A stretch of 64,000 nucleotides of DNA from Octopus sinensis (GCF_006345805.1 NC_042997.1:89838001-89902000); one strand, 5' to 3'; shown: positions 27,491-40,323, counted from the stretch's first letter. The notes: a model not told the origin generated them from the sequence alone. Made by a program: numbers and translations.

Positions 27491-27927
27491 AGTTTTTGTC
27501 GTTCCTTTGTTCATGAGGTCATTGAATGTGTACTATAAGCAGAAGCGATCATTGCTCTCCAGTCTGCCATGTTACACCTCAGCAGCCCAACAGTTACAGT
27601 CTTGTCAACCCTTTCAGTGTATACAGTTGCTCACAGAACATGCCCCATTTACACACGTGATGCTGCTTGTTGCCATCAGCAGAACATTCCATTCAAGTGA
27701 CATGATGTCATTTCAAGTGCTGTTCATTCTACACATGCTATCAACAAAAACAACACTGTCTATACACATTGTTACGTTGAGAACATAAGTTCATTACTTC
27801 TTGCTTGCTTTTCACTTGAAAGCTATGTATTAGCTTGATTGTTACATTACACTCGTCTACATACTACATACATGCATGCATGCAGTCTTTTATATACCCA
27901 TGTTTATTGTATGCAGACTACACACAT

Positions 27928-27928
<1 letters not shown>

Positions 27929-28015
<87 letters not shown>
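27929..28015. repeat. (CA)n microsatellite, about 43 units
   Basis: Direct reading; it generates the HT/CV artefact ORFs. Confidence 0.97.
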
Positions 28016-28018
<3 letters not shown>

Positions 28019-28104
28019 TATATGAGCATATATGCATATATATATAAGCTCACCTCTATGTACACAACATATATCCACACATAAAATGTATATATATTTA
28101 GTAT

Positions 28105-28840
28105 ATCTGGATGTGTGGTAAGAATTTTGCTTCACAGTCACATGGTTCTCTGTTCAAGCTCACTATATGGTATCTTGGGTGATTTCTACTATAGCCTCAG
28201 ATCAACCAAAGCTTTGTGAAGGATTTGGTAGAGGGAAACAAGCTGCATGTGTGTGTGCATGCGTGCATGTATATATATATATATATGTTACTTTTATACT
28301 CTTTTACATGGTTCAGTCATTTGACTGCAGCCCTGCTGGAGCACCACCTTTAGTCAAAGAAATCGACCCCAGGACTTATTCTTTGTAAGTCTAGTATTTA
28401 TTCTATCGGTATCTTTTGCCGAACTGCTAAGTTTTGGTAACATATGCACATACGACAGGCCTTTTTCAGTTTCTGTCTACGAAATCCACTCACAAGGCTT
28501 TGGTCAGCCCGAAGCTATAGTAGAAGAAACTTGCTCAAGGTGCCACGCAGTGGGACTGAACCCGGAACCATGTGGTTGGGAAGCAAGCTTCTTACCACAC
28601 AGCCACAAGTGTGTGTATGTCTGTCTTTATGTTTGTGTTGTGTTTGTTCTGCACCACCACTTGTCGACAACTAGTGTTGGTTTGTTTACACCCCCATAAC
28701 TTCGCAGTTCAGCAAAAGAGACCAATAGATTAGATACCAGACTTTAAAAAATAAGTACTGGGGTTCATCTATTTAACTAAAACCTTCAAGGTGGTGCTCC
28801 AGTAGGGCTGCACTACAATGACTAAAACAAGTAAAAGATA
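28105..28840. mobile_element. Two nested family A SINEs in opposite orientation
   Basis: Order: + strand 5' half (28105-28235), a complete - strand copy (about 28290-28608), + strand 3' half (28610-28840). Confidence 0.8.
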
Positions 28841-31622
28841 TGTAATACATTTTCATAGTACATCAAGTTCACTGTTGTTCGAGAACATTCCACCATAGAC
28901 TGGCATTGAATCTAAAGTTCTTTTATCACAACATTATGTAGTTTGTCCTTTAGGTTTGTCGTAGTCAATTACTACAAGTAGAAGCAAGAAAATATCTTCT
29001 CATTCCATGTTTTCTGTAGCATGAAACAGTGGATCCCGGCCTTTTCACTGTCAATGACCCCCTTTTATGCCAGTCATTTGAAAGGCTTGTCTACTTAGCA
29101 AGCTAATTATATTAGCAACAAACTCGTTTTCCTAGTTTTATCTCCCAACTGAAGGATATGTGTAACTGAACACACACACACAATGTATATATACATATAT
29201 ATGCATGTACACATGTATGTATACACACACACAGACATATACAGGTAAATATAGATTTATAAACAAAGAGGGATTAATGAGTGATAGTAATCCAGGCAAA
29301 ATGCTTAAAAATGCTTAAAATATTTCTTAAGCTCTCTGCAGATAAAATTACACCAGGCTAACAGAAAAGTCTTATGATCAGTATCCAAACTCAAAAGCTG
29401 AAGTTGAAATCTATCACTAGTCAAATTTGTAAATCCATGGTTGCATTACCCAGTGAAGATGACATGTTTTTGCAGGATGGTACATAAAATGGACAGACAT
29501 AATGGACTATATACATTTATTTATTATAGGCTTACAGTTGTTTCAAATATGCATTTGAGTTCATTCATAGTTTAATTTTATCAGTTAATAGATTGGCAGC
29601 TGACAGCATTGCTGGTGGTTCCCTGTATTTTCAGTTGATCAATTGATTGATAAAATTGAACCACGAATGCACCGAAATGTATATCCAAAACATCTGTAAG
29701 CCTATTATAATAAATAAATGTCTATAACCCATTATTTCTGTCTTATATATTTTATCTTTAATCAACTGTGGCTTTGTGGTTAAGAAGTTTGCTTCCCAAC
29801 CCGATGGTTACAGATTCGGTCCCACTGTGTGGCATCTCGGAGCGTGTCTTCTACTATATCCCTAAGTTGACCAAAGATTTATAAGTGGTTTTGTTAGATG
29901 GAAACTGAAGGAAGCCCATCACACACACATGCATATGCACAAACACACATACATACATACATACATACATACATAGTGTATTTGTATGTATGTATGTATG
30001 TGTGTGTGTTTGTTTGTATCGCCTGATTCTTATAAATCAATGTCATTCATTTCCAGCATTCTACAAAAACATATCTGTTGTGGGGAAATATTACCTTACA
30101 AGTAAGAGTTGGCAATGGAAAGAACATCTGGTCTTAGAAAATCTGTTTCAATAAACTCTGTTTGACCCATGCAAGCATGGAAAAGTGGACATTATTAATA
30201 ATAATAATAATGACGATGATGATGAATAATTATACCTTCTATACTGCAGTCTATTAGAAATTCGAGCATGACTCTTGTCACTTCCTACCTCTCACACTAC
30301 ATTTGTGGACCCTCCCCCTGGGGTCTATGAATGTAGGGAGCTGCTGGTATAAAACAGTCTGTGTCAATTTATTCTATATTTCCTTTTCTACATTGACTGA
30401 ATCCATATGCTTTTACACATTTAAATCATTTAATAAACTAGTTCTATCAATAATGTGCACCATAAATCTGCAAAACAGAGAATATTGTATTTAGAGCACT
30501 TTTCTCAAATTTCTGTAGATTCATCAATATTCAGAAGCAAATCTGAGATATTGACGATGATGATGATGATGATGATGATGGTGACAAGTAGACAAGTTGA
30601 AATTGGTAGTTTCAGTGAAAATAGCATTTTGAACTGAAAGGTTTCACTAAAATTACAATTTTTATTATTTTTAAAAAGAATTTTAAATGAACGTTGGATG
30701 CTGTAAATCAGCTGCTTTAATAAGGTATCCTCTGTAAGGATATAAACTTTTGGCTTGGAGATATGTTACTTACTGGATGCTAGACATATAAGTTATCACT
30801 TCTGCCATATCATTTGCTAACATAGACATTCATCTTTCTCAGTTGTAGCAGTCACACATCAAATGAAATGCTCTCATTTCTATATTATGGAATTATTGAA
30901 TTTCTCTGGAAACTTTTAAACAGGAGTCGTATAGATTAAGTTGTAAATTTTAAGATAGTCCATTAACAGTAAAACAAGATTGATTATGGTTGAATAATTC
31001 CTTGATCAGCTATATCAGTTATAGAGATCAACTTTATCAGAATTGATTAGGGATACTTAACAACACTTATAGTGGAAAACACTATCTTTGCTTGAAATGT
31101 CTTTTAAAAAATTCTGAATGAAATTAGGCTATTTTTACAGATTTCTTCTCAAATTCTGACAGCTTGTATTATCAACACATTCATCAGTGAGTAAATACTT
31201 GAAAAGTTGCTATGAGAATCATAGCCTAAATGAGAAAACATCATCTAAGTTACTTTAATGTTTTAACCTCTAAAGTTGTGGATACCAGAGAAATAGTATC
31301 TACAACTTTGTAGATGCACAAACAGGATGTTCACAGTTCATAATCACCATCATTTTTAATGTTCCTTTTTTCATGCTTGCATGGGACAGATGGAGCTGAT
31401 TGGGGCAGATTTTCTATAGCTGGACACCCTTCCTATCACTGACCTTCATCTATTTTGAAGCAAGGTAATATTTTCCCATTACTAGATATGCTTTTGCAGA
31501 TTATTGGAAATGAATGACACTGCTTGTAAGACAGTGGCAATCTTTTTGCAACTACCACACAATGTTGAAACAAACATACAGACACTGTGTATCATTATAG
31601 AAATACTGGAGTAGTTATGGGG

Positions 31623-32531
31623 TATGAGGAGGGTACCCGAAAGGAACTGAAATTTTGCAATATTATTTTATTCAATTAGTTTTATATGTTTACACTTTTA
31701 TAGTCTTCAAAGTAATCTCCATCTGAAGCAATGCATCAGTTCCAACACATTTCTCACTGTTGGAAGCAGTGCTGGAACTCTTGCAAGGTGATGCCTTTTA
31801 ACATCTTTGTTATTTTTTGTCTTCACCTCTTTCACATCTTCAAATTCCGTAGAACCAGCTTTTGTCACCAGTGATGACCTTTGAAAAAAAAAGGTCCGGA
31901 TCAATTTCCAACTTTTCTTTCAGTTCATGACATGCATTCAGTTGTGATTGCTTTTGATCTTCTGTGAGCAAGCAAGGTACAAATTTTGCTGCAACTCCTT
32001 TCATGCGCAATTCCTAGCTCAAAATTCATTGGCAGGAGTTCCAGGACACACCAGTCATATCAACAAGTTTGTCAATTGTTTGATGACGGCCCTCCAAGAT
32101 CAGTTCATGAATTTTTGTGATGTTTCCATTCTTTTGGGAGGTCAGCGTTCGTCCTGAATGAGGTTGGTCTCCAAGCAGCAAGTGACCATTCTTAAAGCAT
32201 GAAAACTACTCATAAACTCATGTTTTGCTCTTGGCAGCACCCTTGTAGGCTGTTTGAAATGTGACAACTGTTTCAGCTGCCATTTTCCTCATTAGAAAAC
32301 AGAATTTCATGGAAGCATGTTTCATTTCAGCCATTGCAAAAATCAACAAACAGGGGAGAAACATTTCAGAACAAAGATGCACCATGTGTCATTGTGACTG
32401 CCTCCTAAGCCACTGGTCAGCAGACTGATGCCTGAGAGTTACATCAAGTAGCTTGTAGCAGTGGAAACCTGAACTATAACGGGCTTGTCCCACAGAAAAT
32501 GTTCCTGGTTACTTTTGGGTATCTTCTCATA
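31623..32531 (-). mobile_element. Internally deleted, decayed mariner element from a different lineage than 56151-57431
   Basis: Imperfect TIRs tatgaggagggtacccgaaaggaac and gttacttttgggtatcttctcata. The - strand encodes stop-interrupted AKFVPCLLTEDQK and VITGDKSWFYG-like motifs; the C-terminal part is missing. Confidence 0.85.
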
Positions 32532-34187
32532 GAAAAGTCATATGTTTCTGTTTTGCTACTGGTATGTTGTTGAGGCTCTGCATAAGATACTTCAAGCCAC
32601 TCTGCATATCTAATTTATGATTAGGTGGAAATGTAGTTAGCCTTCTGAGGCAAAGTTGTTGAAACAGATTATGCAGTGTGCTTAACATTTTCTGAAGTTG
32701 AACTCCTGCAATCCAGATCTGTAGTTTGATTACTAAATTATTCTTTACTCAATCTTTTTTTTCAAATGCAGTTGATATATTAAATAGATCATACATCATT
32801 TCTGTAGCACTCCCCATTTTCAACTTTTTTCTCTCCACACATTATTCCTTTCATTTTTGATCAGAGAAAATGTTGTAAACAAATTGAGTATTTGAGTTTT
32901 AGAATTTTGCTTAGAAAATAATAAACAATATGATTTGCATTGTATTTATGAGAAATCTTTTATAACACTTTCAGTTGAAAATGATATAAAATTTATTCAA
33001 AATTTAAAGCTTTTCTCTCCCTCTTCCTCCTAAAAAAGGAAAATGATACAAAGAATAAATCTTGTACTGATTTCAGTTTTAAATCTTTATCATATACAAT
33101 TCTGTAATGGCTGTTTTTGTTTACATTTTTAACCCTAACATGCATTGATTATTTTACTTGCTGCACGCTTGAATATCTACATTAGAGCAGTCTTTCCTTG
33201 ATTGCATATTATGCTAACATTTCTACCATTTGTTCTGTTATAACATTAACATACATCAAGAACTTGTAAAGCAACTATTATAAATGAAGCAGTAGTTGAA
33301 TTTCGTTAAGATTTGTTTCAAATGAGACAGTTAATGGATATTGGTAATCTACTCTAGATTGGCTTACTGAAACTATAGATTATTATCAATCATTTGCCTT
33401 TCCAAATGCAAAAATTAAACTGTTCAATAAACTGCATGTATTGATGTGATGTCAGCTATTTCTAAATTAATAATTTAGGAAAGCAATCATAGAAAGCAAG
33501 CGAAGAAGAAACTACCTTGTAAAGAGCTGAACAAGGAAAATAGTATATTTATTTTGGAAATTTTCCAGCTAAATTTTATTTGTTATTTTAATCTAAATGT
33601 TACACAGTACATTGCTTGGTATTGTCCTCAGATGGCATATGAAATTTACTGAATTGTAATTGATTTTATGTTCTAAGTTTTAGAGAATTTTAAATAATTT
33701 ATGGCTTGGTAGCTTTCATGTGCCAATAGCAGTGATATTTACAGGGATGGCTTTGATTATCTTTACTTGAATTGTATGAGTAATGAATGCAGTTGACCTG
33801 TCTAGAGAATTGTTGTTGTTTTGTTCTTTAAAGCTATTGATAAATCTTTTAAATAAATTTTACTTCAAGAAATAAGACAAGGAAAAAGTGGGTGGGGGAA
33901 GTGAGCAATCTATCTATTAGTATTTTATTCTTTGAATATCTGAAAACAAAGGCAGCTGCTGTTTTGGTTTACAATGGAATTTAGTAAGCTGCCATGCCAC
34001 CTTTTAACAAAATCATAAAGCATGGTCTGGATGGGCCTACCACCAATTCTGTGGTGGTTGGCCCTTCACCTAGGATGCCACATGCTGTGACACCTTCTCC
34101 TGTGGCAACTTGGTGTGTTCAGCTACCAGCTCAGGCTGTGCTGCTCATCAGGCTGAGAAGATCAAAATGTTATGGTATTGGTCACTC

Positions 34188-34488
34188 GAGTTCTATATTT
34201 AAGTGATGAGGAATTATATACACTATTTACATTTGACAGATATTTGTCCACATCTTGTTTGTTGTAAACACAATGTTTCGGCTGATATACCCTCCAGCTT
34301 TCATCAGGTATCTTGGGGGTAATTTTGAACCTGGGTTCTCATTCCTAAGGTATTTTATGATGTTATTATTATTATCATATTATTATTCAGGTCACTGCTT
34401 TGAATTGAACTCGGAATCTTGGTGTTAGTAGCCCGTGATCTTAACCACTATGCCATATGAGGACAAATATCCATCAAATGTAAATAAT
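34188..34488 (-). mobile_element. tRNA-headed non-autonomous retroelement with Penelope-type tail, hammerhead motif and inverted tail duplication
   Basis: 13-bp direct repeat gtattggtcactc at 34175-34187 and 34489-34501. A box TGGCATAGTGG (34445-34455) and B box GAGTTCAATTC (34402-34412), both - strand. (AAT)n linker. Inverted repeat 34224-34249 / 34461-34486 with 24 of 26 positions matching. Confidence 0.75.
34266..34313 (-). ncRNA. Degenerate minimal type-I hammerhead ribozyme motif
   Basis: Minus strand AGATAC-CTGATGA-A-AGCTGG-agggtata-TCAGCC-GAAAC-ATT-GTGTTT. The canonical CUGAUGA and GAAA core is present. Two G-to-A changes (34299, 34274) break pairs 10.1-11.1 and 15.2-16.2. Confidence 0.65.
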
Positions 34489-34863
34489 GTATTGGTCACT
34501 CTCTGACAGGTTTATGGTCAAGCCTGTGGTAGTAGAGACCTTCAACGTTCTTGGCCCCCTGGACCATAGCTTTGCTCACTGTAATTGGGACAGAGATGGT
34601 TATCCGCAAGTGTGAGCATCATGTGTCATATTGGCTATTCCAGTGCATCTCCCTCACCACCCTCTGGGGCAATGCCTTTTCCATTTTGTCTGTTGAGGCT
34701 GTGAGGTCGTCTGAATTACAAGAAATCGTGAGAATTTAAGGATTTCATAGCTTACTTTCCGTAGTTAGTCTTTATATAATTAAGTCATATATTGTGGCCA
34801 TTAATTAACCATCATTAATTTGTTGTGGGGTTGAGTCCCACATTGAGTAACTATTTTTCTTAT

Positions 34864-35255
34864 AGGTGCAGCTGTGGCTGTGTGGTAAGAAGTTTGCTTC
34901 CCAACCACATGATTTTGAGTTCAGTCCTACTGTGTACCACCTCAAGCAATTGTCTTCAGACCAAAACCTCGCGAGGGGATATGATAGATGGAAGCTAAAA
35001 GAAGCTCATTATATATATACATCTCTCTCTCTCTCTCTCTCTCACTCTCTCTCTCTCACTCTCTCTCTCTCTCTCTCTCTCTCACTCACACACACACACT
35101 AATGTTGGTTTGTTTACATCCCATAACTTAGCAGTTCAGCAAAAGAGACTTATAGAATAAGTACCAAGAATGTAAGTTTTGGGATCAATTTGTTTGACTA
35201 AACCCTTCTAGGTAGTGCCCCAGCCGGGCCACAGGCCAATGAATGAAACAACTTA
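34864..35255 (+). mobile_element. SINE family A with an internal (CT)n tract
   Basis: Head aggtgcagctgtggctgtgtggtaagaagtttgcttcccaacc; tail gaatgaaacaac. Confidence 0.8.
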
Positions 35256-36179
35256 AGGATAAAAGAAGATAGTGTATCAAGAACTAAATTTTTCTTATGT
35301 GTTGTTCTCAACTAAAATGACAAGATGGAACAGTTGGCTGCTATTTTGCGATATTAAATACTTCAGTGACTGCAGTGTGTAGTAGTTCCCAAACTTCTTT
35401 AACTTGTGACACAATTTACAACAAATAATATTTCAGTGCAACATATTGTGGTGAAAGTAAAAAAAAAAAAAAAAAAACACTGCAGAAAATTATTAAATAA
35501 TTGTTTCTTTGTTCAGTAAAATAAACTTAGTTATCATGACTCAATATTTAGAATATCAGTTTGTTTTTTGTTTTTTTCACAATTTTTAAGTATCATTTTA
35601 CTATTTTCACTGTTTACATAGCTACATCACATGGCACAATAGTGAACTGGGGTGCACTGTTTTGGCAGCACTTGTACTGCAGTTTCTTCATTGGCTTGAT
35701 AGTAAACCATTTGTTAGAATGGCTGGGCTTTGTTACAAAATAATGAAGTTTTTTTTGCAATCTAGATATTGGTGAAACCCTGTTTTTTTTGGGGGGGGGG
35801 GTGCAATTAATCATAATATTAAGGAGGTATGGCTACATGGTTAAGCCATTCACTTCTCAACCACAAGGTTCTTGGTTAGATGTCATTGAGCAGCACTTTG
35901 TATTAGTGCGTACTAGTATAGCCTCAGGTTGGTAAATCTTCAGTGAAGAATTTTTTAAATGGCAGTTGTGTGTATGTGTGTGTGTGTAACGAAACAGGAA
36001 ATTGGAATTTTTTTTGTATTATTTATTCATCTTTACATATGTTATTTGCTAGTAGGAATTACAAAGTTTTTCATGTTAGATAAACATGTAAGAGATTTTC
36101 TATTAGAAATTCTTCAGATTGAGAAATAATATGATATAATCCCAGGAAGCAACTGGGATTTACTCTTACTACCTATATA

Positions 36180-36219
<40 letters not shown>

Positions 36220-37281
36220 CTGAGAGAGAGAGAGAGAGAGAGAGTGAGTGAGTGAAGTGTAGTTGTGTTCTTCAGAAGTTTGCTGTAAGTGTGCATGGAA
36301 TTTTCAAATTTATACATTGTTAGAATAGCTGTTTTGAAGATGAATGACCTTCTTACTGTCAACAGTGCATTTGGGAGTGCAGCCTATAGTTGATCATGTT
36401 AACGAAAAGTGTTTTTTTCCTTTTTAGATCTCATAATTGGGGGGCGAGGCGAATGCAGTGTAATGACAACATCAATATTTATACTGAAAAGTTTAGCATC
36501 TTCGCATAAACATTCTGCTTCATGGTACATAATAAACTGCTATTACTGCTTCTCCATTGTATTGAAACCAATTTCATTTAATTATTTATTACTTACATCC
36601 ATCTTCTTATTCTTTCACCAGTTAGTGTTCATCCATTTTCAAGGCCGCAGCTCCACTCATATACTTTCTGGAATTATGATCTTACTTGCTAACAAAAGGT
36701 TGTTTTAGGGTGACAGTAGTGGTAGTGGTGGTGATAAAATAACATTAACTGATGGAAAAAGTCAGAAAGCAATTATATGTTATCCTTGTAACTACACATG
36801 CTGTCTTGCTTATTGAGTACATGCGTCTTCTTTAGGCAAACTGATGCAGTAGTTTTTTCCTTACTTCGAAGTGTTGTTTCTACAGGTTGTAACACTATGC
36901 TTCCTATAGAATATATAAAATTCAGCTGAGTCATTTGCAGAGCATGGAAGAAAAATCACGATAAAACACTAAACTAAACACAAAGCACCAACAAACAGCA
37001 CACTCCCTCCATTCTCCATCATTTATCAATGTCATCTTGATTAGAAAAATTATTCTTTAATAACATGGAACTGACTTCATTTCTTTATTTTTGTTTTCTG
37101 CTGTCATTATCAATTAGTGCATTGCTAATAAATCCAATTTTATTCTATTAAACACCAAGGAGTGCGCAAGTTATTTATTTAGTTACAATTTGTTTGTTAT
37201 TTCATTGTTTTGATGTTTTTATGTAATTATGTGATAATAATATGAAAACAATAGTTAAATAAATGTATATGTAACTATGCA

Positions 37282-37282
<1 letters not shown>

Positions 37283-37331
<49 letters not shown>
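37283..37331. repeat. (TA)n microsatellite
   Basis: Direct reading; similar tracts at 40496-40546 and 52292-52343. Confidence 0.97.
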
Positions 37332-37333
<2 letters not shown>

Positions 37334-37918
37334 TTATGTTATACATTATAATTCACTTCAGAGCAAAATATTCATAGTAAGTTAATGCCTTTTGGTACAG
37401 TAATTTTTCTTCTTTGTTGACAGACCTTGATCTAAGACATTTTTTTTTTTTTTGTCACTTCAGAATGTAAACATTATATTCTGAATTAAGTTTATTTTTA
37501 TGAAGCTAGCTATATTGAGAAAACAATTTAAATCTTTCTTATATTTCTTTAGTGGACTAAAACTATAGTTCAGGTGTCCTGTTCAAGTGAATGTGTTTTT
37601 GTCATTAAACTCAAACCAAAACGCTTATTAGTATTCATTATCTCAAGAGTACTTTGAAACTTCAGGCAGTCTGACTGCTGAGTCATTTGTTGATGGTAAG
37701 AAAATCACCTGGCTGTATTCCACACCAGTTCATATGACATGATTATCCACAATTCTACCTAGCCATTTAGCTTTAATTTCTTCCCTACTGTACTTATTTT
37801 TCTTGACCTACTCTGACTCACAAGCAAGTGGTATTTACTTTGTGACATTGTGAACAACAAATCATTTTGGCAGTCCTTGTAGAAATTCCTGTTTGACTAC
37901 TTCAGTGTCTCTGTTGTA

Positions 37919-38360
37919 TGAGGAGGTGCTGAAAGGTTCCTGGCTTTGGGCAAAAGAAAATATAGGAGGATCAGCTAATTATGATTTTATTCAAAATATT
38001 CCCCCGTCAGGTTCATGCACTTATTGCAGTGGTCCTTTAGTTTTTCTAAGCCTTGTAAAAGAGCTCAGAAGGTTGGGCCTCAAACCAGGCCTTTCACAAT
38101 ATTCTTAACTCTTTCGTTACCAACCCGGCTAAAACCGGCTCTGGCTCTTTAGTATAAATGTCTTGTTTTCATAAGTTTTGAATTCAAATCTTCCACCAAA
38201 TCTTAGTTAAAATTTATGTTCTTTACACTAGCTTAATGATAACGAAGTTAATTTACTAAATTCTTTGTTATATTTAAAATAATTGAAAGAAACACAGAGC
38301 ATCTCAAAATAAATACAGTAATGAAAGGGTTAAAGCCAGGAACCTTTCAGCACCACCTTG
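37919..38360. mobile_element. mariner-type MITE or deleted element containing a nested piggyBac-type MITE
   Basis: TIRs ggtgctgaaaggttcctggcttt / aaagccaggaacctttcagcacc with TA at both flanks. Confidence 0.85.
38109..38329. mobile_element. piggyBac-type MITE (family P2)
   Basis: TTAA on both sides, ends ctctttcgttac and gtaatgaaaggg. Closely similar to 52614-52833 in the opposite orientation. Confidence 0.85.
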
Positions 38361-38939
38361 TATGGTATCCTTTCTTACCTTCATGCTTAGCCCTTTAGTA
38401 TTTAAACAGGCCATATCTGACCAAAATATTCTATGAGTTTTATGTTCAAATCATCCAGATCTAGCCTCTCACAGCAACCCTACAGTTTTCATTCTAAAAA
38501 TTAACAGTTACTTCATCAAAATCTCCCAGCTACAAATAATGTGAATAAATAAGTATGAATTTTTACAGAATAATATGAGTATGAAAGAGTTAATTCTTGA
38601 GGCGTAATTGAATGAACTTCTAACCATTGCTTCTGGGAATCTAAATTATGATGAGATTTTATCAATGGTAATATGGCTATGGAATTTAAAAGAAAGTATT
38701 TTTTAATAGAATTTTCCATTTTGTAACTTGATAAAACAAAGTAGAATAAAAAGTACAATGTTATCTTTGAATGGAAGTGAAACTTGAATTTTTTCAGCAT
38801 TTAAAGATTATCTGAACATTGATCTCTTGTTTCAGAATAATATAATAAAGTAAGATAAAGCAGAAAGTGAAATCTGTTTATTTTTGGAAAACATATAATC
38901 CAACTGGTAAAAGTTTTCAAAACATTTCTTTGCTTGTAG

Positions 38940-39330
38940 ACATGGGTGTGGCTGTATGATAGGAAGTTTGCTTCCCAACCACATAGTTTCAGGGTCAGTC
39001 CCACTCTGTGGTACCTTGGATAAGTGTTTTCTATTATAGATTCAGGCCAACCAAAGCCTTACAAGTGGATTTGGCAGATGGAAATTGAAAGAAGCATGTG
39101 TGTGTATTTTGCGTACATGTGTTTGTTTTGTCTCCCACCCACTTTTTGACAACTGGTGTTGGTTTGTTTATGTCCTTGTAATATAGTGGTTCAGCAAAAG
39201 AAACTGATAGAATAAGTATCAGGATTGAAAAAAAAACATAAGTACTGGGGTGAATTTGTTTGCCTAAACCCTTCAAGGCAATGCCCCAGCATGGTCACTG
39301 TCCAGTGACTGAAACAAGTGAAAGATGAAA
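38940..39330 (+). mobile_element. SINE family A, full length
   Basis: Head, CORE-like block, middle region and tail gactgaaacaagtgaaagatgaaagat are all present. Confidence 0.8.
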
Positions 39331-40089
39331 GATGTAATTTTGGCTTTTGTCATTTTTATTATAAGAATAGAGGACAAATAACAAAAAATGACTCAAAGTT
39401 CAAGTTGGACTGGACTGTCATATATTTATGTATAAGATGTACTATAGGTACATTAATTTTCTGGGATCTGTGGTTTCAAAATCTTTCTAAATTAGTAATT
39501 TTTCTGAAACAGGGATGAGTAGCTTGGTTTACACACTCTAAATTAAAGAAATACTAAATTTATTTAAATAATTAAATGAAATATAAATACCTGTATATTA
39601 GTATAAATGACACAAGTTTATTAATACTGTACTGTGCAAGGTACCAGAGAATTTTAAGTTCCTACTTGTTAATTAATGTGGATGATAAGAGGTTCTGGAC
39701 CATCTGTATCTCAGAAGTCAGTGTTGTACCTGTATTACTTTCTACACCTGTGCAACACAAATAAGCTCAAAGCAAAATAATTGGATGAAACTTTCAGGGT
39801 TGTTTGGCCTCGTGACTGGCAAGAACTGATTAGATTTTTGGGATCGATCTGATACCAGACAAGGATTCTGGATTATTTTTCCTGTTTTTTTTTTTAAACT
39901 TAATTTTTGAGAGTAGTTGGGTTCATTTTTAGTATTTTCGTTTGTGAAAGCAGTCAAATTTATTTCAGGGCTGGTCCCTTTGTTGGGTCCACTTGAGTAG
40001 GCCCTCTCTCTCATGCATTTATCTTATTCATTATTCTCCCAAATAATTCCTCTCTGCTTTTTTCTTGTTAGTATCAGTAAGAGCAAGTC

Positions 40090-40323
40090 CTGTATTAATG
40101 GACTAACTCTTTTATCATTACATTCATGTTGAAATAAACTGCTTCTGTTTTGATTAATTTTGAAAATGATGAAGGATTTAGTAAAATAATTTTGTCATTA
40201 TTAATCTGATGTTTGGAACTTAATATGAAAATTTAATGGAAGGTTTTGATTTAAACCATTTTCAAACAGTTTCTATCATAGAACCAAGGACTGTCTCAAG
40301 CAGGTTGATATGAAAAGGATTAA
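40090..40323. mobile_element. Older piggyBac-type MITE related to 643-874
   Basis: Shares the blocks atttagtaaaataa and atggaaggtttt with 643-874 and ends gatatgaaaaggattaa. Confidence 0.55.

Noticed and set aside
27835-28141. ORFs rich in HT or CV dipeptides (also near 13618, 22167, 41006, 47901 and 60959)
   Set aside because: Translations of (CA)n/(TG)n microsatellites.
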